From positions 350,608 to 414,607 of the forward strand of contig MU057584.1 of the NCBI GenBank assembly GCA_013265495.1: DNA of 64,000 bases, in the 5' to 3' direction. Shown piece by piece: positions 34,860 to 46,100 of the stretch. The translations under genes were made by a program, and so were the position numbers. The notes beneath the pieces were generated by a model. The model had not been told where the DNA came from. It worked only from the letters and a program-made list of their open reading frames with translations, and ran no database searches. Positions within the stretch are counted from its first letter, which is position 1. Each line of letters starts with the position of its first letter. The DNA comes from Vicugna vicugna. Lineage: Eukaryota.

Positions 34860-35095
34860 CAGTATTAATAGCAAATTTGAAAATCACAGCTTCCACGTAC
34901 TGATTACTTACTTCATGTCGGCCTGTGCCAACAGGTGTGAACTCATTTGACCTTCGCCACAACCCTGTGAGGCATGCACTGGTTCTGCCCCCATTTTATA
35001 AATGAGGAAACTGAGGCTCAGAGAGGGTAAGTCACTTGCCCAGGGTCACATAGCTGGTAAGTGGCTGAGCTCAAGTTTGAACCCAAACAGTTAGA
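34860..35095. mobile_element. MIR SINE (representative of many MIR fragments in the window)
   Basis: CCCATTTTATAAATGAGGAAACTGAGGCTCAGAGAGGGTAAGTCACTTGCCCAGGGTCACATAGCTGGTAAGTGG core. Confidence 0.85.
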
Positions 35096-37329
35096 CAGTG
35101 AGCCTCATTTACAGATGAGCCCCATTTACACTAAGGCCTAGCACTGCAATGCCAGGCTGTCTACCATCATCACCTCGCTGGGACCCCTCTGCCCTCCACC
35201 TGACCTTCCCAGAGCCACCACCCTCTGCAGCCGCCCAGGGCAGATGCTGATATCCCCGAACTCCTCCCATCTCCCCCGTCTGATCAAGGCAATGGGGGGG
35301 GTGCGGGGGGGAGGGTGTCCAGTCTCGAAGCCCGCCTGGAGATGATGTTGTAATCCTCTGACTCAGCGGCGTGCGTGCAGACCCAGCAACAGGGAGAAAG
35401 AGGAAGATTAAGTCTTGGCCTAGGCCCCAGATACGCTGATCCTGCCTGGTGCCAGGGATTCCAGCAGCTGCCAAGGCCCCAGGGTGGGGAGGAACCAGGA
35501 GGCGCAGGCTGGGCTCCAGGAAGCTGGCCTGCATTCACCCCTGGGGGTTGGGTGGAGCCTCAGAGGGCAGAGCTGTGTGCAGACCCAGGGAGGACTTTCA
35601 ACCCAGAGCCCAGACGCAAGGCTGTGTGACCTCGGGCAAGTCCTTTTCCATTCAGGCTCAATGTCTCTGTTTCCCTCTATCTGCAAAATTCACTTGCGCT
35701 CCCTGAGACTCTTAAATCTAACTCTATTTCCTCCTGCTGCAAAGCGAACTTCTCTCTTGTCTGCTCAAACTTCCCTGTGCCTGGAGGCAGCAGAATAGCA
35801 CTGGAGAAAGAATGTAGACCCTTGGGCACGTGACCTTGCCTGTTTCCCCATCTAAACTACTCCTTCCCAGGGAGTAACTGGAATTAGAACTGAGACAGAA
35901 GGCCTTGGGCCTCTGGGACTAATGACCACCTCACCCAGGGCAGCGGGTACAGCAACCAAGAAGCTGGGGTCACAGAGACCTGCTTACAATCTTGACTCCC
36001 CCAATCTCTCACCGTGTGATCCTAAGAAGTGACTACTCTGTGCCTGTTTCTTTCTCTGTAAAAATAGCGATTTTCGTTGACTTTTCCTCACAAGGTGTCA
36101 AGAGAATGAAATGGGCCAACTCCCAGTGGAAGCTCAGCCAGAAGGACTGGGCCATCTTGGCTGATCACTGGGTGGAACATGATGACAAGAAAGGTCTGGC
36201 CTGCTGGGTGAAGGCAGGCAACATGGACACAAGAATAGAAGTCATTCATTCATTCAGCTGTTCATTCTGCACACCTGGGCTCACTTCATCTGCTCAGCAA
36301 TCCTGGGAGGCAGAAGCTGTTACTACCCTCAACCAAGAAGTCATAGAAAGGCACAGAGAGGGACAGCCACCTATCCAAGGTCACACAGCCAACACATGGC
36401 AGAGCCAGGGCTCCAACCCACGTCTCTAAGCCCAGTAGGCTGGATGTTAATTTCCTCAAAGAAATGGATCCTGCTGTTGAAATTATGGGTTAATTGATAA
36501 TAATTATTATTCCTATGCCAGGTTATAACAGGAAGAATAATAATAGCAGCTACATCATATTAGGCACTTTCTGTAGTTCAGAACCTGTAGAATGGAAGTG
36601 TATTTTCTTGACTTAGTCTGTCTTATAAATGAGCAAGCTAACTGCCTGGAAGTCACAAAACTAATGAAAGCAGGAGACAGGACTTGTATCCTGGCCTCAG
36701 TCAGAAGCCAACAGGACAAGCCCAGGAATTAAGTCAATAGGATCATAGGGCCCGACCAGCCCAATCTTCTCTTCTTTGAAGAGGAAACTGAGGCCCCCAA
36801 GGCAAGAAAGCTGCCCCAGACCAGCAACTTTCTAGCTAGGAATTCATTTCTCTCTTCGGACCTCGAGCAGGTACAGTTGTGGTCCTTCCTTCCCCAGGGA
36901 GGTTCGGGGAAGGACAAGGGGAGAAGAAGCAGTAGGAGGCAGGAGAACTGAACAGGTACAAAGGGTTGCCTGCATGAGGGAAAGTGGTTAGACATCAAAC
37001 AGGACTTTCGGGCCTTCTCTGGGAAGTTTCTGGGACTCATCCAGGGACTGCCCCTACTGGCGGCGGGGGGCCTCCAGATTTCAAAGCCCAGAGAGGGGAG
37101 ACCCTAGTCCTCTCCGCCTAGGGTGCAGGGAGCAAAGGGAAAAGGAGGGGGAGCCATCCTGGTTCCGCATCCTCCGTTCCCGACACTGGAGGGAGGCGGC
37201 TGTGGGAGCTGGGACTTTCCTGAGCAGCAGAAGATTCTGGGAAATTAGAGACAGCTGCGGGGCGGGGCTGACTCCAGCCTCCCTTTTCTTCCCTCCCCTG
37301 AGTCTCCGCAGGTTCCCCAAGCATGCCGC

Positions 37330-37790
37330 TCTTCCCTCCGGCCCAAGGAGGCCCTCCTCCAACTGCTCCTCCTCCCTCAGACCATGACCTCCTCCCTCAG
37401 ACCCTCAGGTCTGCTCCCTCCCGTGTCCTCCTCCCTCAGAATTTGCCCTCTCAGATGCTCTTCAAATCTCCCCTTCCCTCAGACCCTTCCGTTTCCCCCA
37501 ACTCTCTCCTCCTCCCTCAGAGCCACTGCCCTCACTTGGTCTTTCTTAGAGTTCCTCAGACCTTCTCCCTTTCCCTCAGACCTCACTTCCTCCCTCAGAC
37601 CCTCATTTCCTCCCTCAGACTCTCACCTCCTCCCTCAGACTCTCACCTCCTCCCTCAGACTCTCTCCCCTTCCCTAGACCACCTACTTCTGTCTCAGATC
37701 TGTCTTCCTCCTGAAGATCCTCTTCCCTCAGACTCTTATTCCTCATCCATCCTCAGACTCAGAACCAGCACCCTCTCCCTCAGCCCCTCC
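37330..37790 (+). repeat. Pyrimidine-rich minisatellite of (CT)CCTCCCTCAGAC units (~21 bp), MSR1-core-like
   Basis: More than 12 copies of CCCTCAGA, including TCTCACCTCCTCCCTCAGAC in tandem at 37621-37660. Confidence 0.85.
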
Positions 37791-38559
37791 AACCCCTCTT
37801 TGGGCCAAGCACAGACATCCCCCTTTCCAGTCCTGCCTGGGTCGAGAGCCATCACGCCACCTGCCACAAGGGAGCCCGGGGTGGGTGGGTGTCCTGCCAA
37901 CACTATCTCCTAGGGTCATCACCTGGACAAGCCCTGCTCCCCTGAGGCTGACTTTCCCTCTGTGCAGGGGTAGTATTCTACATCCTGTCCCTCCCCTGTG
38001 TTTGAGAGTCACCAGAGGCCAGGGTGGGTGGGGGCAGTGGGACCCAGACTTTCCAACCTAATTCCTTCACCTCTTCCCTTGTAGCTCCCACAACTCTAGG
38101 GCCAGGGCTTGACATCAGCCCCATTTTCCAGAAGAGCAAACCGAGTTTTAAGAGAGACAACTTGTCTGAGGTCCACCGTCAGCAAGAGGTGGAAGTGGGA
38201 TTTGAAACCAGGTCTTGCCTGCAGATGCTCACCCATTACAGGGGACCCAGGGGGAGAGCCAGAGAGGTAGAGAGACGGGGGAAGGGCTGAGGCCTGAGTC
38301 TGCCCACAGCTGCTCCTCACATCCCGTTTAACCATCCACCGGGTGGAGCCCCAGTCTGGGGCAAAGTCCCTTCCTGGGAACCGGGGCCCCACACCCACTT
38401 TCAGGGTCCCAGAGAGACACTGCCGAGGAGACAGAGACGCAGAGATTGGGAAACAAAGAGACAGGGTGGGGCTGGAGACGGAGGCCAGGGAGAGAGGGAC
38501 AGAATTGCAGAGACATAGGGAGACACATGGAGAGAACCAGGGAGACTCTGCGTGCCGCC

Positions 38560-40160
38560 TGAACAGATCCGGAGTGCAGCCCCCCCTTCCCCTGCCCCCT
38601 CTAGGTCCCAAAGCCTCCTGCTCCGCCTCCCGTAACTCGGTGACCGGGACTCAACCCCAGCAACGGTCCCGCCTCCAGGGAAATCCGGGAAAGCCCCGCG
38701 AGGCGCAGGCCCCTCCCCGGGGCGGGGAGAAGGGCTGCAGGGGAGGGGACGCAGGAGAGGCCCGCCTTTGCCGTCCCCCGCCCCCCAGCTCCAGCGGGCC
38801 TCTGAGTCATGCCCCCAACCGGCCTGGCCTGTTCCCCACCCACCAACTCCGCCCGGGATGGGAGTGGGATGTGGTGCAGAAGGGGCGCCAGACTGCCCCC
38901 GCCTCCTGGGCCCGGGTTTGGGCGCTGTGACACTGGTCTTGTGTCCTGCGTCTCTTGCTATCTGCCCGTCTCTCCCTTGGTCTCTCACGACCTCTCTGCC
39001 TCTTTTGCCACGTCTCTTTCTGTGCATCGAGGATTCCCGGAGCACCCACCTAGTGCCCGGCGGCTCCGGCTGGGTGCAGGGACCTCGCAGGGAGAGACAC
39101 ATTCAGTGTTTCTCTGTGCACTTCCCGCCGCACCCCACCCCCAGCGAAATTCAAACCCACCGCTAAGGAGGCACATGGAGGAGGCAGAGATGGTGTCAGG
39201 GGGGCGGAGAGACAGTGCCTGGGCGCCTGCCGAGGGTAGTCCTTGCCCTAGGTGCGTCTTTTCGGTCCCATAAAGGAGGAAACGGCTCAGGGAAGAGAAG
39301 TGCTCGGTCAAGGTCAACCACCGAGAAGTGGGAATCGGGAATCGAACCCGCGTCCTTGCGACCCCAGCGCCTCATGGAATTGCCTCCCTGGGGGAGAGGC
39401 TGAGAAGCAGACAGCACTCATGAGACAGAGAGATGGCGAGGGACGCGAAGAGAAGACAGAGACAGAGACAGAACAGAGAGCAACACAGAGATAAAGAGAC
39501 ATCTCTCCAAACCCAAGAGTCAGAGACAGTTGCAGACTGGGAAATACAGAGATAGAGACCTATAAGCCAGAAAGAAAAAAACAGAGACGGAAACTGAGGC
39601 CTGCAGCCGCAAGGGTGGGGACCCCGCAACCTCCGACCCCGCCCCCTACCTACCCCACCCCCTCCTCCCGCCGAGGCCCAGCCGCCCCGGGCGCTGCGGG
39701 GCCGGGAGGGGGCGGGCGCGGGGCGAGGACGACAAAAGTCCCTTCAGTTCAGCCGGCGGCAGGGGAAGTCCCGGCGCTCGGCGCAACCACCCTCCCGTGC
39801 CGCCGAGCCGAGCCGCGCTCCGGCCGCCCGCTCGGCCGCCGTCCCCGGCGGCCCCATGCCCCGATGCCCCGCGGGGACCATGGACGAGGGGCCCGTGGAC
39901 CTGCGCACCAGGCCCAAGGCCGCCGGACCCCCCGGCGCCGCGCTGCCGCTCCGCAAGCGCCCCCTGCGCGCGCCCTCTCCGGAGCCCGCCGCCCCCCGCG
40001 GCGCCGCGGGCCCAGTGGTCCCCCCGGATCCCCTCCGCGCTGGCTCCGACACGCCCGCTGTGCCCGCGCCCCCCCACGGCCTGGCCCGTCCAGAGGCAGT
40101 TTACTACCAGGGTGAGTGGCTTCCGCGGGTCCGGGCCGGTTGGGGGGCAGGCAGGGCATA
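38560..40160 (+). promoter_or_regulatory. BCL3: BCL3 promoter / CpG-rich region with kB, AP-1 and GC boxes
   Basis: Dense CpG at 38600-38950 and 39600-40150. kB-type GGGAAGTCCC at 39763-39772, tandem GGGAAATCC/GGGAAAGCCC at 38678-38696, AP-1 TGAGTCA at 38803-38809, and multiple GGGGCGG. Confidence 0.85.
39856..40111 (+). CDS. BCL3: BCL3 exon 1 coding part (256 nt)
   Basis: ATG 39856 with second in-frame ATG 39880; donor G|gtgagt. Confidence 0.95.
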
Positions 40161-43100
40161 GGGTCCCCAGAGCCAGGGGCAGAGCTCCGACGTGATATAC
40201 GGGGTCTCACGCAGCTGAGGGACGGAAGCCAAGGTCACAGATACGGGGTTCCTTAGTGGGTCAGAACCTGGGGTCCCAGGAGTACAGATACGAGAGCATC
40301 AGGGAGCAGACCTTGGGACACACATATCCTTGCTCTAGGAAGCTGGGTGTCAGGAGGCCCTGAGGGATACAGCCCGGGGTCCGAGTGCCATGTATCCAGA
40401 ATCAGGAGACAGTGCCCAGTCTCAGGGAATCAAGTCCCTGAGGGAACACAGAATTATAAACTCTTAAGAACCCAGATATCTAGAGTTATGAGAAATCAGC
40501 ACTTGGACACAAGTGGGTCCAAGTGCCATGTATCCAGAACCAGGAGACAGTGCCCAGTCTCAGGGAATCAAGTCCCAGGAACACAGAATTATAAACTCTT
40601 AAGAACCCAGATATCTAGAGTTATGAGAAATCAGCACTTGGACACAAGAAACTGGAGTTCTTGGCATCCAGCTATGTGGGGTCAAAGGGAGTCAGGGAAC
40701 AGGCTGGGGTTCTAAGGAGACAGATTTTAAGGATCCTAGGATGTCAAAAATCTCAAGAACCAAGATATTGGGAGACACTGGAATTAGGAGAACATAGTTG
40801 GAGTTCTGAGCACCCCAATATCTGGGGTCACAAGGATCCAAAGAAACAGATCCAGATACTAGGAGTCCTAAGGAGCCAGTGGGACAGAGATCTGGGGTTT
40901 TGAGCACCTAGTTATGTGTGCTTGCAAGTGATCAGTGTCTGCTGGGGTCACAAGGTCAGGTGGCTTGGGGACTGAGGATTCTAAGAATTGGGGGCAGGAC
41001 TGGGGAGTTCTGGGAATCAAGGATTTAGGACCAGAAAAAGGATTCAGGGAGTCTCTGGGAAGAAGGTCCCAGGGCACCAAGGCCTGGTATGGGACATACA
41101 AAAACCAGGAAACCTGAGAGTTCAATAATGGGAGCCTCCAAGGATCAGGAGATGACAGAGAACGCCAAACACCATTTTCCCCATCCTGTCTCCATCCCTG
41201 ATCTCCAGGAAGAAGCATCCCCTCTCACAGCTGTGCTGACCTCAGCATCCCAGAGTGACCTCCAGAGCTGCAGAGACCCCATGCCTAGTACCTCCAGACC
41301 TTTGCCCAGTTCCTGCACCTTCCACCCCCTCAGAGCACAGCTTTGAGCTGTGCATCCCGAGGCCTGTCACTGCCTCCTTTCCCATTCCTTGAGTGAGAAC
41401 CTGGGCCTCAGTTTTCCCCATTTGTGTGATGGGTGGATGTGGATTTGCCTGCTACCACAGTCCCTTCCAACAGTTTGATCTGAACAGGCTCCCAGCACCA
41501 CTCCCCACTAAGCAAACTCTGTTCACATCTACCCCACACCCTACACCTAGTGCTTCATCCATCCTTACATCCCTCAGCCACAAATTCACTCAGCAAACAG
41601 ACCCTGGGGTCCCCCTGCTGGGTGATGATAGGGGTTCAGTCCTTAAGGGACTCTTTGCCTAGGAGGAGCTGGGAGTCAGACACAAGTGAAAATAAGTGAT
41701 ATTGAGAGTGACCAGGGCCGAGGGGGAAGCTGCGGGAGCCCAGGGGAGGGATGTGGGAGAGGAGTTTGTCATGGGTGTTGAGGACTCAGTGTGAGATGCA
41801 AAGGGGACCTGGGAAAAGCGCAGGTGCCTGGCAGGAACAAAGGCCTGGAGGTGGCAGGTGGGTTTGAAGATCTATGGGCCTGGTCTCAGACATGTCCTTT
41901 CTCTGCCCAGGACCTTTACTGTCCCTGTACCCGACTCCGACCATGGGCACCCCTTTCCCTCTGCTGAACCTGCCTACACCCCTGTACCCCATGATGTGCT
42001 CCATGGAACACCCCCTGTCGGCTGACATCGCCATGGCCACCCGTGCGGATGAGGACGGAGACACGTGAGTGACAGTCCCCCATTAATGGAGGGATTAGTA
42101 GGGCCAATCTTCCCCCCACCTCACCCACCGAAGGACAGGTGCCCTCAACATTGGCTTTCAAGTTGTCTCGACCCAAGTTAGAATCCAGTCTCCACCGCTG
42201 TCTCTGTGACTTTGAGCAAGGCCCTTTCCCTCTCTGAGCCTCAGTTTCCTTTTCTGGAAAATGGGCACCCTGTGAGCACTTACTTCCTAGGGCTTTTTTT
42301 GAAGCAGTGGATTTCCAGTTTATCAAAATCCAAAAATGAGAAAGACATTTCACTGACTGATTTCTTACATGAATTATACATGATAAGCTCCTCGCACTGA
42401 GCCTGGGAGATTAGAAGTGCTCAATAAGTATTAATTAAGATTATTGTTGTTGTCATGACTTTATATTAAGCCCAGGACATACATGCACGTATAAACTTGA
42501 AAAAAAAATTGCACAGAACAAAACAGGACTTACCCTTACAACATGGGGTCTACTTTGGGTTTTTTCTATTCTAGTCTCATTTCCTGGTCATAGCCCACTA
42601 AATTAGGCTGACAATCCCTTAAGTTGATTTCACCAGTCTCATGGTTTGATCCCCTGCAGTTTGGGACCTCTGGGAAATCCTACATCAGAGGGTTTAGCCC
42701 CGGGCCCAGCATCTAGTGAGCCCTCAATACACTTGACTGCCATGATTCTTATGATTCTATCCACCTCAGTTTGAATCTCAGCTGGCCACTTTCTCACCCC
42801 TCTCTGCCTCAGTCTCCCCCTATAAAAATAGGAACCATGAGTATGTGGGGGTCTCTGTGAGGCAGAAATGCAATCACTTCTAGAAGGTGATGATCTGGGG
42901 ATGGTTTTGGTGGGAATGGGATGGACAGGCCTTTTTCTGCAATGAAAATGGGGGCTCCACCACTGGCCCCTGGGTGGCTTCCCATCCCTGAGCCACATAT
43001 CTCCTAGCTGGAGATCAGGGCTCATCATCACAACTGGGCTTGAGTGCAATGATGGACATACATGTAGTGCATAGAACAGGACTGGGCACACAGTAGGTAC

Positions 43101-46100
43101 TCAGTACGTGGGAGGGGATTTTGTTTAAACAGAGCTCCTAGGGTGGTTGTGAGCCAGACTTGTGAGCCAAAGCAGGAGAAAGTGCCTGTGAGATATATAA
43201 AGGACTCAGCGAAGCTAGTTCCCTCCCACTCTGGGTACCTCTGGGGTCATCTGTGAAATAGATTTAATTTGTACCTGTCCCCAGGGGTGATTTGTTTGCA
43301 GCCTGTGAAAGAGGGGTGCAGAGAGGGACCTGGCACAGCAGCCCGCAGCCCCACACCCCAGCCGCTCTCCCCTACTCCCCCCTCTCCCCCAAAGCAAACA
43401 CTTCTGCCTCAGCTGCCTGTTGGGGGAAATCCCTTCCCGCAGAACTTGACCGCAGCCCAGCTGCTCTGCCTCCCCCACGTCAGCACCCGTCACTCACTCG
43501 CAGCCTCCCCCTCCCGGCGCTCCCTCTAACCTTAACCCCTTCCGCTGGGGCCCAAGACTTTACCGGAATGGGCAGCCGGCGCAGGCCTGGCGGGGGCGGG
43601 GGAGGGGGACACGAGCAGTCTGGGTCCCCAAAGCAGCAAAGCTACAGTTGGGAGGCTGGACTTCCAGGGATTCAAGGGAGAAAGAATCTCAGGGCATTTG
43701 GACCCCCAAGAGGTCAGGCACTGGGGAGCTGGCATCTGGGTCTCCGAGAGAGGGGGGCACGTGTTCTGAATCCCAGAGAATAGAGGTGGGGGTAGTGTAG
43801 TCCTTGACCTCTGAGCAGAGTAGGACAAGGGTGCAGGGCAGATTGGGGATCTACTCGGAGGGAATGGGGAAGTTCGCATCGCAAAGAGTTAGGGAACTAT
43901 ATTCCTAGGGTCCCAAGAGGTCTTGGGAGTGGATGCCCGGCTTGGGGGGATAGGCAGCCAGCTGGAGTCTAAGCCCCAAAGGGTGGAATTCTAGGGGGGG
44001 GTTCCCTGGCTGGAGGACTTGGAGTCCTTCCCCCAACGGTAACTAGGTCTCTAAGTTGGGCTCCCCTCTCCGCCCCTTTCGAGGATGGAAGTTGGGGTGC
44101 CAGGGTGGCCGGGGTAGATCCCCGGCAGGACAGGCTTCCCTCCCCCGGGAGCAGGAAGCAGAGCCCCGCCCAGCAGACCTGTTACTGGAAGTCCGAGGGC
44201 TGGGCCGCCCCTCCCGTCCCCACTTCCTCCAGCCCCGCCCCACCCCCTGCGGCCCGCGCGTTTATGGGAACTCAGGCCTGGACGGTTTCTCTGAAATCAT
44301 TCTCTCCCTCTGCCCTCACTTAACCCCGCCCGCCCCGAGAGAGACCCGGGCCGGGCGTCCTGGGAGATGCTGGGAGGGGCGGGAGACCATCCCAGGGGCC
44401 CCTCGCCCAGATGCGACCCCTCCCCCAAGATTTCTTTTTAAATGTGTCTCTCACGGATCCGGGTCCAGAATCAGAGTTTCATCTGCATAATCCCCTCCTG
44501 GGAGATAGGCGTTATTATGGGTTATGCTTTACAGAGAAGAAACCCGAGGCTCAGAAGGGCCATGTGACTTTGCCCTAGCCTCACAGCTAGAGAGATTTGC
44601 CACCCAGTTGGTAACCCTGGCCTGCTTAGTTTCCCCAGAGCCCCCTGGGCTGCAGGATTTCTCAGCATGGGAGAACCGCTATTCACCTGCCAGAGCCATG
44701 CTCTGGTTGGTCCCCAGCAGTGGTGGGTGAGAAAGTAGTGGCTCCAGTAAATGGACTTTAAAGAAAGGTGTGGGGCCTATGTACCTTCAGTCTTGTGCCC
44801 TTAGTGCTAATGCCCCCTTACCGACCCTGTACAGTCATCCCAGATTGCCGTCATTTTGAAATGACTCTTCCAGGTGGGGGGCCCTGGGAAGTGGCAGGAA
44901 GTTTATTGGAAAGTGTTCTCCACATCAATGCCTGCAGGGGTGGAGGAAGCTGGACTTGGCAGGGGCAGCAGTCAAGCTTCTGTGTAGTTTCACCAGGGCC
45001 TCAGCTATCCCAGAGGGAGTGTTTTGCAGCTGGAGTGGCCTTCAGAGTTGGGGCCAGAAGGCCAGACCTTCTATGCCCACACTGACCAGTCACTGGATGC
45101 CATTGTATGACATCTACCCCCACCCAACTGACCCCCATGACCTGGGCAAGCAGCTCTTTTCTGCAGAGAGTAATTAACAAAGAGTGCTGACAACCTTCCC
45201 AGAAGCTGAGGGAATGAGTCCCTCAGTCCGGAAAAGGGGGGGGGTGTATCTAGGTTGTGCAGCCCAGCCTCCCAAACAATGACCCCCATCCCCATTTGTC
45301 CCACCTCCCTTCTGGGCAAAACTTCCTCCACTCTTGGGTTGAAGGCTGAACATGATCTGCAGTCACAGCTGATGGGAGCCCTTGATGGCCTTGAGTTCAT
45401 CCCCACTCTTGTCACAGATGAGAAACTCATGGCCTGGAATGGGGTGGGGATGTGGTCACCAGCTTCAAGGATGGCCAAGGATCGTTGAGAGGGACTCATT
45501 TATTCTATGAGTATTTGAGGAGCACCTGTTCAGCCCCAGCCACTGTCCTAAGCACTGGGCAGTGACAGAAGCAGACAAGTGACAGGAGTTGACATTCTAT
45601 CAGGAAAGAGTTAGACAGGAAACAAGTGTACAATGTCAGGTGATGATGTGGGGGAAAATGAAACAGGGAGAGGGGCGAGCCACTGCCACTGTACCATTTT
45701 AACTGAGGCCCAGATGAGGGGAGCTGACCCTGCAGATCTGGGGGAGGGGTAAGATTATTCCAGGCAAAGGGAACAGCCAGTGTGAAAGCCCTGGGAGGCA
45801 AGCATGCTTGGTATGTTTGAGGAACAGCAAGGAGGTCAATGGTCCCAGCTGAGTGAGGAGAGTGGACAGAGATAAAGGAATTGAAGAATGAGAGGCAAGA
45901 TCACATAAGGCCTGTGGGCCATAGCGAGGACTTCGGCCTTTACTCTGAGGGTTCTGGGCAGAAAAGGGGCATGACCTGACTTAGATTCCACAAGGGTCTC
46001 TCTAGCTGCTATGTGAGGGACAGGCCATAGGGCAGGGTGGAAGCAGGGAGGCCAGGGAGGAGGGGACAGTCGAGGGGGGAGATAATGGTGGCTGAACCAA

